NCBI RefSeq assembly: GCF_006345805.1
Contig: NC_043012.1
Span: 4,650,001-4,714,000 of the forward strand
DNA length: 64,000 nt
Origin: Octopus sinensis
Taxonomy: Eukaryota
Direction of reading: 5' to 3'
A model generated the notes under the pieces. The model was given only the letters and a program-made list of their open reading frames with translations. It did not search any database and had not been told where the DNA came from. The stretch's first letter is position 1. Every line of letters starts with the position of its first letter. The position numbers and the translations under genes were made by a program. Below, piece after piece: positions 1 through 12,863 of the stretch.

Positions 1-836
1 AGGTGTACATGTATGTTGGTGTATTTATATTTATTGGTGTTATGTATAGACTAGCCTTCTAAGAGTGTAGACATGAATCTGTAGGTACGCGTACGTATGT
101 GTATATACGTGAATGTATGTAGATGTATGTATGTATGAATATAACGCGTGGCGTGCGCGTATGCGTATGAGTGTACGAATGAGTGAGTGTACGTGCTAAA
201 GAGTGTGCGTGAGTGAGTGATGAGTAATTGTCTTCCAGTAGACGGATAAATGGTTGGCTGTCATAGCCAAGATGTTGTGACCAAGCGGCCAAAGATAACA
301 AAAGTAAAAACGAAGATAATAAAATTAAAATTAGGGAATGCGTCTGTATTTGTATATGTATATATATATATGTGTGTATGTGTAGGTATGCATGGGTACA
401 CATTATGTATATATATGTGTATATATATATATATGGTGTATGTATGTATATGTGTATATGTATGTGTATGTATGTATTATATATGTGTATGTATGTGTAT
501 GTGTGGGTGTATATATATGTGTGTATGTGTATTATGTGTATATAGGGACTAGGTGCTGTGTGTGCATGTGTGTGTATGGATTTGTGTGTGTATGCGTGTA
601 TGTGAGTATATGTGTGTGTATGTGTATATATATATTTTCCTGTGTGTGTATATGTATGTGTGGTCGTGTGTGTGTGTATATATACATGTGTGTATACGTG
701 TATGCAAGTGAGTGTGTGTATGTATACATATATGTGTGTATGTGTAGATATGTATATGTATGTGTGAGTGTATATATTGTGTGTATGTGTAGAGGTTAAG
801 TGAGAATCTCCTTTTTACCTAAAACTCTATTCCCCC

Positions 837-873
<37 letters not shown>

Positions 874-944
874 TATTATTTTTTTATTTTTATTTTTATT
901 TTTATTTTTTTATATTTTTTTATTTTCTATTTTTATTTTTTATG

Positions 945-975
<31 letters not shown>

Positions 976-1000
976 ATTTTTTTTTTTTTTATTATTCTCC
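1..1000. repeat. Mosaic (TG)n/(TA)n/(TTTTA)n microsatellite
   Basis: Directly visible low-complexity tracts; the overlapping ORFs are repeat translations. Confidence 0.95.
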
Positions 1001-1138
1001 TATCTAATTAAACACTGACTCCTTGACCACTCCCCCAAGTATGATTTTTTGCGCTATGCCTACCCCCAAAAAGTCCCCCGCCAACACCCCTTTAAACCTG
1101 CCTAAATGTATAAATGCCCATTACAATTCTTGTTAACT

Positions 1139-1188
1139 AGCTTCCTGAAGATTCTCTTGAATGAAACAGTTCTAGTCCTGTAGAAGCT
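1139..1188 (+). ncRNA. Type I hammerhead ribozyme motif (canonical core)
   Basis: AGCTTC CTGAAGA TTC TCTT GAA T GAAA CAG TTCTAGTC CTG TA GAAGCT: 6-bp stem I, CUGANGA core, 3-bp stem II, GAAA, 3-bp stem III, GUA cleavage triplet. Confidence 0.75.
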
Positions 1189-1219
1189 CCTTCTATATAA
1201 TAATATATATATAATATAT

Positions 1220-1256
<37 letters not shown>

Positions 1257-1556
1257 CGTATTTCTGGTTTTTTTAAACTGCATTGAAATTGCCTTTAAAA
1301 GTAAAAATATCACAAACATCTGAACTAACCTAAAGTTTGTTTGTCTCTTATCACTAACTAGCGCTGCTGCTGCTACTATTACTACAACAACGACAAGAAC
1401 AACAATAACAGCTGCTACTACTGCTACTGTTGTCCTAAATATACGTATGTATGTATGTATGTATGTATGTATGTATGTATGTATGTATGTATGTATGTAT
1501 GTATGTGTGTGTATGTATGTATTAATCTTCCTTGCTCCTTCTCGTTTCTTTTTCCT

Positions 1557-1753
1557 TTAAGCAGTCATGACAGTGAAAGCTGATGAGGACATCTTATCTA
1601 AACTGGAACGCAAGTTTTCCACGCTCATATTTGAATAATTTTTTCGCATTTCTATAAAATTATTTGCTTTTATTCGTCTCCTAACACGATGGGCATATAA
1701 CAACAAGCCAGACGACACTAAAAATCTGTAGTGAGACTTCTTTATCAATGTAC
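1557..1753 (-). CDS. Candidate terminal coding exon, product unknown
   Basis: Non-repetitive island; acceptor gggtcttttcag| then an open frame (G)TLIKKSHYRFLVSSGLLLY...SSSAFTVMTA* ending in TAA. No homology recognised. Confidence 0.3.
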
Positions 1754-2114
1754 CTGAAAAGACCCAAATTCATGGGTCGGAACATATATTGCACATAATG
1801 AAAGTCTAATAAGAAATCCATTTCCTACTATATATTTATACGTATGTATGTATGTAAGTATGTATGTATGTATATATGTATGTATGCATGCATTTATGTA
1901 TGTGTATGTATGTATATAGGTATCTAGGAAATTAATTGATACAGTTATAATATTTAGAGAAAGATTTTTTCAAAAAGTTAAGATTAAGAAAGAACATTTT
2001 AGAGAGTAGAATGGTACTAACCTTTAGGAAGGAATTTCACAGATTGTGTGTAGGCATTAATAAATGTGCAACCAATTTCAGTTCTCAACGTTATCAAGCA
2101 CGTGTTATGGTTAC

Positions 2115-2149
<35 letters not shown>

Positions 2150-2192
2150 CATACAAATGTGTGTATGTATATATATCTATGTAAGTATGTTG

Positions 2193-2249
<57 letters not shown>

Positions 2250-2299
2250 TATATGTATGTATGTAATATATTTATGTAAGTATGCACATGTATGTTATA

Positions 2300-2345
<46 letters not shown>

Positions 2346-2373
2346 GTTCGCATGTGTATGTGTTTTTGTATTA

Positions 2374-2760
2374 CAGAGTGCGGCATAGATAGTTACTCAT
2401 TATTCATTTTATCATAAAATGAAATCTTTTAGGTTTACGTTAATGAAAATTTAGGGGGTTGATAGTTTTATTTACTGATAATATTTTATATATATATATT
2501 TACAATTCAAAGTGGTTACCATTTGCTTTCACCATAACCCTTAATTCTTTGTACCGGCCCTTTTCAATGCTGCAATTCGTTAACGTTTTCGTTTATCTGC
2601 CATGTCTAATTATGGATAAACAATAAAACAAAATAATGTTTGAACGTATTATACGACATTTGCAACTATTTTTGTAAATAAGACTGTTGCAATATGTGTT
2701 TGAATAAGGGGTAAACTATGGCGTTTAAATAATGGGTAGGTGTGTATACAGCGCACTTGG
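2374..2760 (-). mobile_element. Internally deleted Tc1/mariner-type element
   Basis: Starts ta|CAGAGTGCG; imperfect inverted ends (ttactcattattc / gaataaggggtaa). Minus strand retains an N-terminal remnant MADKRKR.RIAALKRAG and a C-terminal remnant VKANGNHFEL*. Confidence 0.55.
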
Positions 2761-2935
2761 TATATCATTAAATACATGTGTGTGTGTGTATGTGTGTGTG
2801 TGTGTGTGTGTGAGTGCATTTAAATCTCGTCCCTGCATTTTTGCCTTCTTTTTATGTTCATTGCCTATTTATTCCCATGCTGGCCACTTGATAGTATCGA
2901 TATTATCCTTATTTATAAATTTTCATATATATATA

Positions 2936-3237
2936 TCACCGTGACCGACCAGACTATCAAATGTTGCTACACATCGCTGGTCACAATGCGCTTCGCATTG
3001 TTTTAGCTTTCAAATGACGCCACCCCGCTGACTAAGCGAGCAGGCCAACAGAAGAAAGAGTGAGAGAAAGTTGCGGTGAAAGAGTACAGCAGAGATCGCC
3101 ACCCCACCCTGCCGGAACCTCGTGAAGCTTTAGGTGTTTTCGCTCAATAAACACTCACAACGCCCAGTCTGGGAATCGAAACCGGGATCCTACGACCGCG
3201 AGTCCGCTGCCCTAACCACTGGGCCATTGCGCCTCCA
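2936..3237 (-). mobile_element. tRNA-derived SINE (family C)
   Basis: Minus-strand head tggaggcgcaatggcccagtggttagg...ggtttcgattcc (A/B boxes); a near-identical copy lies at 43768-44072 on the + strand. Confidence 0.9.
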
Positions 3238-3245
3238 CACACACA

Positions 3246-3277
<32 letters not shown>

Positions 3278-3904
3278 TACACACACACACATACACACAC
3301 ACACACACAACACACATATATATATATTAATAATAATAATATGACAACAAAAGAATGAATGAGACCTTGGTATTATGTAAAATAGAGGAATTTATCTATA
3401 AATATAATATGTGATAATTAGTTGGTTGTCATAATAAAACTCAGAGTTTCGGATACCGGGGCTGCATACGTCCATACACACACTATCTATCTTTGAGTGT
3501 GTGTGGGAAGTGTATTGAAATATACTGTACGTCATATAAAACTTAATACGAGAGAGAGTATGGATAGCTATGTTCATGGCTGTCGTGAATAGCCCTGCGT
3601 CAGGTGAGAGAGGCTCTCTATTGTTATGATAAACATGCACTCAAATAGGCACACATACACACACATATGCATATATATATATATATACATATTTATACAC
3701 ACACACATATATAATACATATATGTATATATGTATGCATGTACGTACGTACGTACATACATACATACATACATACATACATACATACATACATACATACA
3801 TACACACATACATACATACATACATACATACATTTCAATATTTAAGAAATGAGGAATTATGTACATTATTTACATTATTAATATTTGACGGATATTATTA
3901 TTAG

Positions 3905-4092
3905 GGTCACTACCTGGAATCGAACTCTGAATCTTGTGGTTAGTAGCCCGCGCCCTTAACCACTACGCCATATGCCCGTTCGATTCCAGGCAGTGACCTT
4001 AATAATAATAAGAATAACATTAAAAAATAAATAGCTTAGGAATGAGAACCCAGGTTCAAAATTTCCCCAAGACACCTGACGAAGCCTGGAGG
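3905..4092. mobile_element. tRNA-like Pol III head in fold-back arrangement, followed by a 5' half hammerhead
   Basis: Minus strand 3977-3905 has A box TGGCGTAGTGG and B box GTTCGATTCC; a 21-bp inverted copy follows at 3978-3998; CTGACGA A GCCTGG lies at 4076. Confidence 0.55.
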
Positions 4093-4178
4093 TCTTCCAA
4101 TACGTCTCTAATTTAATGCATATGTTAGGCATAACCACATATACAATCATGCATTCATGCGAACAGTACAGAGGCAAA

Positions 4179-4215
<37 letters not shown>

Positions 4216-4575
4216 ACACACAACACACACACGCATACACACACACCACACACACACACACACGCACACACAAACACACACATACGGACACACACAAACG
4301 CTTGCACACACATGCACCACACACACACACCAGACAAACGCACATACGCACATACACACACACACCACACACGCATGCCACACACACACTTACACATAAC
4401 ACCAAACACATACATCACACACACACACGCCCCTCCCACGCCCCTCACGCCCCACGCCCCTCACGCCCCACGCCCCTCACGCCCCACGCCCCTCCCCCAC
4501 GTCCCCTCACACACAGAAGCGCTCACGCACGCACACCCAGTCAGGTACTCACTTTCACGCTCCTATATAAAAGTA

Positions 4576-5465
4576 CCAGGAAGTATCCAAAAGCGACCTA
4601 AAATTTTCTATTTGGGACAAGTCCGTTGTAGTTCAGGCTTCCGCCGCTAGAAGCCACTTGATGCGTTCCTCAGGCATCAGTCTACAGACCGGTGTCGTCC
4701 TGTAGGGTCGTACTGCCACTTGGCGCGTCTTTAGTGTGCAGTGCTTTTACTTTGTTCGTCGATTTTTGCGATGGCTGAAACGAAGGAACAGCGTGCTTCC
4801 CTTGAATTCTGTTTTCTGCTGGAGAAAACGGCGACAGAAACAGTTCTTACGCTTTATATAGCTTACAAGGACGCTGCCATGAGCAAAGCACAAGTTTACG
4901 AGTGGTTTTACACTTTCGAAACGATTACTTTTCGTTTGAAGACTAACCTCGTTCAAGGCAACCGTCGACCTCCCGCACGAATGAAATCATGAAAATTCAT
5001 TAACTGATTTTGGAAGACCGTCACCGAAGAACTGACGAACTAGTTGATAAGACTGGTGTGTCCTGGAGCTCCTGCCAAAAGAATTTTGAGCGAGGAATTG
5101 CGAATGAAAACAGTTACAGCAAAATCTGTGGCTCGCTTGCTCAAGGAAGATAAAAAAAACAGTCACGACTGAATGCGTGACGTGAACTGAAAGAACAGTT
5201 GGGAGTTGATCTGGAGTTTTTTTCGAAGGTTATCATTGGTGAGAAAAGCTGGTGCTATACGGTAATTGCAAATATGGAAGACGTGAAGAAAAAAATCGAT
5301 AGAGGCAAGACTTCCAGGACTACTTGGAAGAGTGGAAAATGTGTCTGAACCGATGCATTGTTTCCAATGGAGAATTCTTTCAAGGCGATAAATGTGTGAA
5401 CATGTAAAACTAAGTGGATAAGATAATATTGTGAAAAATTCCGGTTCCTTTTGAGTAACTCCTCG
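4576..5465 (+). mobile_element. Decayed, internally deleted mariner transposon
   Basis: MAETKEQRASLEFCFLLEKTATET...VYEWF (mariner HTH), IIGEKSWCY (TGDETW-like), C-terminal RCIVSNGEFFQGDK; TA-flanked imperfect TIRs. Confidence 0.85.
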
Positions 5466-5488
5466 TATACACATGTAGATATATTATA

Positions 5489-5553
<65 letters not shown>

Positions 5554-5591
5554 TAAAAAATGGAGTTAACGCAGGTTTAAACAGTATTTTT

Positions 5592-5678
5592 ACTTTCTAC
5601 ATATGTTTCAAAAATTCCACTGATACTTATTCAAAAGAATAAAAGGTATAAACAATGCAATCTTCTCTTCGGGAAAGT
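5592..5678 (-). ncRNA. Hammerhead ribozyme motif in inverted pLTR
   Basis: Reverse complement of the 7011-7097 motif. Confidence 0.75.
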
Positions 5679-7010
5679 GAAAAAACGAAACTTGTCAATA
5701 CGACATTTTAGCAATATCATAAACCGTTGACCAATCTTAAGTACATTAGCAAATTTAGTAATCATCCTGGAGCAATTACTAAGAATTTAGTTAAGAATAT
5801 TTCATTTAGATTATCTAAATTATCTGCTAATGTTGATATTTTTCTAATAATACGCTGAATTCTATAACTCTGCCTTAATCAAAGCAGGTTATACGGAAAA
5901 ATTTTCTACATTGATTCTGCTCAGTCTAATTGTAAATTCAATAATGTAATAAGATTTCTAGTCTTTAAAAATTTGTAAAAGAATTATTGATAACAACATA
6001 ACTTACGCACCGATACAAAGCGAATGAAGGCAGATAACCCTTATTTATTCCCCTATTACCGATCTAAAAGTAAATATAACACCTTCAAAAGTAATTACGC
6101 TATGAATACTAGTAAAAATATTTGGTTAATAATTCCTTACGGGAGACAAATTAAATCTAATCTCCCACTGCTGTTTCGTCAAGCTATGCTAGGAATTTTC
6201 CAAATAATTCTAGATATTACTCTATAATTAATTCACATAAGGTTAGGATAGGTTTTTCAAACACAAAAAATCTCTTGCAAATTATATCTTCTCATAATAA
6301 CAACTGTTAAATATTAATACATTTACTAATACTAACATTAATTTAGCTACTACCATCCAACCCTCTAGAAATATTAATAACAAGGTTATTGTATCTGAAG
6401 TCAATCCAATAGAATTAAATTTATGTCAAGTAACTCTAAGATTAAAATTCTATATACCAGTGTATAATCAGTACTCGTATACTAAGTACGATTTTACATT
6501 GGAAGCACATCGTTGAGAGTTATCTAGAGAATTTCTATCCATTACTCAACATTTAGGGATAGAAATAAACGGAATAGTACCGGTCTCAGCAAACTGATTT
6601 GGATTTAAAAGACCACAATGAACAATTCATTTAGAATGGTTGATCCTCTCAATTTCGATACCATATGACAAAGGCAAGAAATTCTGTCTTCTCTGCAATT
6701 CTGAGCTATTTTTCATTATTTTTTCTAAAAATACTCTAGTAAACACGGTTATAGAACGAGCATACAGATGTAAGCATTGGCAGAAACATACTTTTAGTGC
6801 ATATAAGTAGTCTCTATCATTATATATAGTTTAGACTTTAATTTCCTTTATATTTAACATTCACTATTAATATCCCTACTCTTTCTGTTAGCTACTTATG
6901 ACGTTATATCAATAAACGTTTTTTTAAACAATATTAATAGCGTTCTGTCTATCGCTATACGAATCCATCATTTTTTGCTAAAATGTCGTATTGACAAGTT
7001 TCGTTTTTTC

Positions 7011-7097
7011 ACTTTCCCGAAGAGAAGATTGCATTGTTTATACCTTTTATTCTTTTGAATAAGTATCAGTGGAATTTTTGAAACATATGTAGAAAGT
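7011..7097 (+). ncRNA. Hammerhead ribozyme motif in 3' pLTR (U4C core, long loop II)
   Basis: ACTTTC CCGAAGA GAAGATT...AATTTTT GAAA CATATG TA GAAAGT: 6-bp stem I and palindromic stem III. Confidence 0.8.
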
Positions 7098-7307
7098 AAA
7101 ATACTTGTTTAAACCTGCGTTAACTCCATTTTTTATTCATATTATTCAAATTCAACGTAAACAAGAAGTTTCAACCTTTATAACAAGGAGTTACAACATC
7201 TTTACTTGTGAGATTTTTGCTGCCCTGGTAACTATTCATTCATTTATCCGTGTTAATTGTTAACAAGGTAAAATACACTCATCTATTTATATATATTATT
7301 ATATATA

Positions 7308-7343
<36 letters not shown>

Positions 7344-7947
7344 AAATGAATATTACATTTCTAATCTCTCAGAGCGATTTATACAGTAGCAGCACGATAA
7401 GTGATGGTATGTTGCCAACTTAATGAGGCATTCCCAAGAAAGGGAAGATGCTATTTAGCCCTAGGAAACACCAAAACCAAACATTCATATAAAACTCTGC
7501 CTTATTGATACCAGTCTGGATGTTTAAACCTCTCTTTTTTCTTCTTTTGATACACACACACAAACACACATTTTATAAATATGTATATATATATATATAG
7601 CTTTATAACTATTAGCGTGTATGCTCTATATATGTGTGTATTACTATACACACATCTTTCGCGGATGTATTTCGACGAAAGTTGTAACTCCGCGCAATAA
7701 AATTGCACAATTTATGTCATTTGTTCTGCCCGAATTATCCAGATAATCCCTTGTTTCTGATGCTGACATGTAATGCAATGAACCAGTTATTACTGGTCGT
7801 AAAGGTCCGGCAATGAATTACATACTGCTATTCATCAAATGCGATATTGTATTAGATATAAAAGAATATTTTGAATGTACGTGCTTGTGTAAGTGCATGT
7901 CTCAATGTGCATGTATGTGTGTGTGTGTGTTAGGTTTGAATTCTTAC

Positions 7948-7998
7948 CTGCAGTGATGTCAGTTGAAAATGGAACAGAGACATTCCTTACCGCTTCTC
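7948..7998 (-). CDS. Candidate 51-nt internal exon (EAVRNVSVPFSTDITA)
   Basis: Strong donor CAG|gtaaga, weak acceptor ataag|; phase 1-1, which is compatible with the 1753-1557 exon. Confidence 0.2.
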
Positions 7999-8035
7999 CT
8001 TATCATAAAGACAACAGAGACGGTAAACATTCCAA

Positions 8036-8114
<79 letters not shown>

Positions 8115-8265
8115 ATAGCTGTAGTAATAAACTAATAACAAATGGTGAAATGTTTTTCTCTTAGCCTTCATCACGATTTTCAGTGAAATTCTTTGAAAAT
8201 AATTAAGATATTAACGAAGTGGTAAGTTAGTGTTTGCAGTACAAATTATTATTATTATCATTACA

Positions 8266-8362
<97 letters not shown>

Positions 8363-8430
8363 TATTATTATTATTATTATTATTATTATCATTATTATTA
8401 TTATTAATGTTGTTGTTGTTGCTGCTGTTA
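8036..8430. repeat. (CTA)n and (ATT)n trinucleotide microsatellites
   Basis: Directly visible. Confidence 0.95.
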
Positions 8431-9065
8431 TCAACTCCTCTTATCAAATTGTCACACATTCTTTTATTTTAGCAGTTCGTTTAGCATTCGGCACATCTAA
8501 TTGCATCACACGACGGTATAGTTTAATTTTATGATAATTAGTTTGTAGCGGCGATAAAAGGCTGAACCGACGAAGATGAAGAAGAACAACAACAACGAAA
8601 ACAAAGAAAATGAACGAAAATAAGTAAAACTGGAAAGATCTAAAAAAAAAAAAAATGGAATAAATAAATGCACGAACAGAAGAATAAATAGAAAGACAAA
8701 TATATGAGAAAATTATTCTTTTCATTTTCAATCGTGATTTTTCAGTTGTTGTTCCATGTCTATGAAGTCAAATGTCAGTTGTCATCAAATGGTGACCTGT
8801 GCTGCGTAATATTTTTTGTCGAAAATTATTTGAGTGTCTTTTGCAATGAAAGAAACGTCACGGAAGTTGGCCAAGGTGTGTCTGAGTCTAAAAGCTATGA
8901 ATAAAATATTTGATGAAACTCTGTGGGTAAGATGGCGAGCAGGCTAAATCATTTGTTCCTACGCACGTATTACCATTGTGGTTATTTAGAAGTCTCCATT
9001 GCATGATTCAAGAGTAATTGCATGCTTAATTACAACTGATCATTAGGGAAGACTTTATAATATTA

Positions 9066-9449
9066 CTAGCAGTATCGCCCGGCGTTGCTCGGGTTTGTAA
9101 GGGAAATAACTATATAAGCATTTTTAGAGATGTATAGTATAATAGCCATCTCAATATGGCTAACCACAAAGGGGGGGTGTTACTGTAGCTTTTTACGTTC
9201 TGAGATTTAATAATACATTTTTAGAGAGTTACTTCCCTTATATAATAGCTAAAAAATGCATTAAAAATGGGAAAAATGATGGTAATTTTTTTTTAATCGT
9301 AGACTCATCGTAGACGCGCGCTAATACCCAGAAGGGCTCGATATGAATCACGACTATAAGATACCCGCTTTTGGTTACACTGTAACGCAAAATGTGGGAG
9401 TAGTTAGGAATCTAAGACAGACACACAACTTCACTTTTATATATAAAGA
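9066..9449 (-). mobile_element. Non-autonomous Helitron
   Basis: Minus strand begins a|TCTTTATATATAAAAG and ends CCCGAGCAACGCCGGG (hairpin)...CTAG|t, inserted between A and T. Confidence 0.8.
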
Positions 9450-9584
9450 TATTACAGAGATCTAATACTTCTTGTATAACAGAATGGATTAAAGTAATCC
9501 ACGACGAACTGATGCGGTTAAGCATGATAAAGTGCTACATGATGCTACCATGCAGAGTTCCAAACAACCACAGTGATTAATGCT

Positions 9585-10045
9585 TAGCGGCATTTCATCC
9601 GTCTTTAGTTATCAATTCAAATTCTGCTGAGGTCATCCTTTCGGAGTCGATACAATAAGTACCAGTTGAGCACTGGGGTCAATGTAATCGATTTGCTCCC
9701 TCCTTGTTCCTAAAATTTGAAAACAGTATATGTTTTCCGGCTCTTTACGTTCTGAGTTCAAATCCCGCTGAGGTCAACTTTGCCATTCATCCTTTCGGGG
9801 TCGATATAATAAGTAAAAGTTGAACACCGGGGGCAATGCGATCGATTTAAACCCTCCCTAGTAATTGATGGCCTTGTACTAAAAATTTGAAACCAGTATA
9901 TTTTTCTGGCTTTTTACGTTCTGAGTTCAAATCCTGCTGAGTTTGACTTTGTCTTTCCCCACTTCGCGGTCGATAAAATAAAATACCAGTCAAGTACTGA
10001 GGTTTTTGTAATCGATTCGTCCTCTTCGCTCATAATTACTAGTCT
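9585..10045 (+). mobile_element. SINE family A, three tandem degenerate body units
   Basis: Repeated ttacgttctgagttcaaat...cctttcggggtcgat..aagtaccag motif. Confidence 0.8.
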
Positions 10046-10800
10046 TGAACCCTGTAATGGCTCAGCGTCCCGTTCAGGGAGAATATTGAGATCTTGGTCA
10101 CTTATACGTCATGGTAACCGAGTAGCTGACCTTATGAGTCCTGGAGGTGGGGTCAAGTAAAGCATAACATCCACGGATAATATGAATCACTGAGGGCATA
10201 AGGAGTGAGACCATAGATAGAGGTAGCCTGGAGGAACAAATTCCAAAGCATTATTTGGTCTTTGTAAATTGCCGTGTGAAGGTTCCTTTGCCGGAGGTCT
10301 GTACAAACAGGAAGCCCGTCGCCACTGAGAATAGTTTGAGAATAGTAATTGTTGACACTCCTTGTTTCAATGGTTGAAGCAAGACCTTTTAATTCAGAAT
10401 TCACAGATAGGCGCAGACATGGCTCTGTGGTAAAGAAACTCGTTTTGAAAACCCTAGTGGTTTCGGGCTCATTCTCACTGCACGGTACCTTGGCAGAAGG
10501 GGAGACATCCTAAAAATAGCTGGAGGCGGTATGCTGAGGCAGAGAAGAATAGATAGGGACCAAACTGGATAGAAGTAGGAAATACAGCAGGGAATTGAAA
10601 ACGGCTAAAAAAAAGTCTATAGGAAGCGAAGGACTTAAGTAAGCAGTAATCCTTCATATCGCGCACAGCCGGGTTGTTTTTCTGTTTGTTAATGAAGGGC
10701 AGTATATTAGAAAATATATTCCTAGATTCTTCTAACAAGACGAGGATCCGCTTAGGATCTTTGTGGTGATGGGTTTGCTCCATCAGAGCTGAACTGAGAC

Positions 10801-10832
10801 CAAACAACAACAACATCAACAACAACAACAGC

Positions 10833-10866
<34 letters not shown>

Positions 10867-11005
10867 CAGCAGCAGCAGCAGCAGCAGCAACAACAACAAA
10901 AACAACAACAACAACAACAACATTATCCTCTTCCTCGTCGTCGTCGTTGTCGTCGTCATCATCATCATCAACAATAACAACAACAACAAAAATGTCAACA
11001 AAAGA

Positions 11006-11043
<38 letters not shown>

Positions 11044-11150
11044 GCGGCAATGACAACATCAATAATAATAGCAGCAGTGACAAGACGACATAAGCAACAG
11101 CAATAAGAGCAACGACAACAGCAACAACAACAATCATAACAAAACAACAA
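10801..11150. repeat. (CAA/CAG/CGT/CAT)n trinucleotide mosaic
   Basis: Directly visible. Confidence 0.95.
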
Positions 11151-11159
11151 CATCCCTTG

Positions 11160-11621
11160 ATATACTTTTACCTTGTTCTAGTCATTAGACTGCGGCCATG
11201 CTGGGGCACCCCCTTGAACAATCTTTGGAGAAATGAATCACCTGCAGAGTCTTGTTTTTTGAGCATGGTACTCATTCTATCGGTCTTTTTTGCTGAACCG
11301 CTAAGTTATAGGGACGTGAACACAAAGACACCAAAGATACCGAAGACATAGATACACACACAGACACACACACACAAGCACAGAAACACACAAACACACA
11401 CAAATACACACACACAAGTACACAAATACACATACACACAAGCATACATAAACACACACACATAAACACACAGAGAGGCACACATAAACACATACACATA
11501 CAAGTACACATAAACACACAAACACACATACATACACACAAATGCACACACAAGCACACACAAACACACATAAACTCACACAAAGAAGCACACATAAACA
11601 CACACATACACACGCACATAA

Positions 11622-11653
<32 letters not shown>

Positions 11654-11800
11654 GACAGCTTTATTTCAGTTTCCACCAACCAAATCCACTCACAAGGCTT
11701 TGGTCATCATGAAACTATAGTAGAAGGTGTCACTCACTTAGTTTGAACCCGGAACCATGTGGTTGGGGAGCAAATTTCTTACCTCACAGCCACGCCTGCA
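11160..11800 (-). mobile_element. SINE family B with internal (CA)n tract
   Basis: Head (ggcgtggctgtgaggtaag...ggttccgggttca) at about 11800-11655 and tail at about 11340-11160 match other family B copies. Confidence 0.75.
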
Positions 11801-11918
11801 CCTCTGCTCTATTCACCCAACGAATTATGATTTAAAGTATATTTTAATTTTATAAGTCTACACGTGTGGAGCATCTTCAGAAAGAGAAGAATATTGTGAA
11901 GTTATTGTTCCTCCTCTA

Positions 11919-12486
11919 AGGCGGCGAACTGGCAGAAACGATAACGTTCCGGATGAAATGCTTAACTGTATTTCGTCTGCCACTACGTTCTGAGTTCAAA
12001 TTCCGCCGAGGTCGAATTTGCCTTTCATCCTTTCGGGGTCAATTAAATAAGTATCAGTTACGCACTATGGTCGATATAATCTGTCCTTGTTTGTCCTCTC
12101 TGTATTTAGCCCCTTGTGGGTAGTAAAGAAATAGGTATTCCGGCTGTCTTTACGTTCTGAGTTCAAATTTCGCCATGGTCTACTTTGCCTTTCATTCTTT
12201 CGGGGTCGATAAATTAAGTACCAGTTACGCACTGGGGTCGATGTAATCGACTTAATCCGTTTGTTTGTCCTTGTTTGTCCTCTCTGTTTTTAGCCCCTTG
12301 TGGGTAGTAAAGAAATAGGTATTTCGTTTGTCCTTACGTACTGAGTTCAAATTCCGCCCAGGTTGACTTTGTCTTTCATCCTTTTTGTATTGATTAATTA
12401 TATATAACCAGTTGCATACTGGGGTCGATCTAATCGACTGGCCCCCTCCCCAAACATTTTGGACCTTGTGCCTAGAGTAGAAAAGA
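11919..12486 (+). mobile_element. SINE family A with three tandem body units and 20-bp flanking direct repeat
   Basis: Head aggcggcgaactggcagaaacg; AAGAATATTGTGAAGTTATT occurs at both 11887-11906 and 12483-12502. Confidence 0.9.
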
Positions 12487-12777
12487 ATATTGTGAAGTTA
12501 TTTTCGAAAAAAAACTAACTAAAAATCCTAGGTATTTTCTGGTTGTAAGAACATTCTGAAGAGACGAGACACTTCTAACCACACTGCTATGTCTATATTC
12601 CATTTCAGGGATGACTGTGAGGTTGCGGGGCTAGCTTTACAACTAAGTGGTGGTTTGGTGCCGAGGTCAATCCTACTGCGTAGCAATTTGGACAAGAAAG
12701 CACTTCCTACTGTAACATGGGGTTGACTAATACTTTGCATGCAGAAAAATGGTAGATAGAAAAAAAAAAAGGTTCTA

Positions 12778-12862
12778 GGTCAGGTGCCCGACGAGTAATT
12801 ACCCAACGGTCAATCGCCCGAAGAACAACTGCCCGGCGGACAAATGCCTGACGGAAAACTAT
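12778..12862. repeat. Degenerate 15-bp tandem repeat (about 5.5 units)
   Basis: ggtcaggtgcccgac / gagtaattacccaac / ggtcaatcgcccgaa / gaacaactgcccggc / ggacaaatgcctgac. Confidence 0.7.
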
Positions 12863-12863
12863 C

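Larger units (their letters stand above)
5549..7210 (+). mobile_element. 5'-truncated Penelope-like retroelement with inverted 5' pLTR and direct 3' pLTR
   Basis: About 165-bp inverted repeats at 5549-5714 and 6975-7142. Internal broken ORF with HPGAITKNLVKNISFRLSKLS, FYNSAL..AGY, a GIY-YIG-type YIGSTS and FCLLCNSE...CKH; flanked by (TA)n. Confidence 0.85.

Noticed and set aside
3905-3977. Functional tRNA gene
   Set aside because: A and B boxes are present but there is no complementary acceptor stem, and it is embedded in a repeat, so it is a SINE-like head.
4428-4510. C-rich CGCCCC(T)CA repeat as telomeric or regulatory sequence
   Set aside because: It is not TTAGGG-like and grades out of a (CA)n tract, so it is probably a microsatellite derivative or low-quality sequence.
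12778-12862. CRISPR-like array
   Set aside because: The 15-bp units are contiguous and degenerate with no spacers, in a eukaryotic context.
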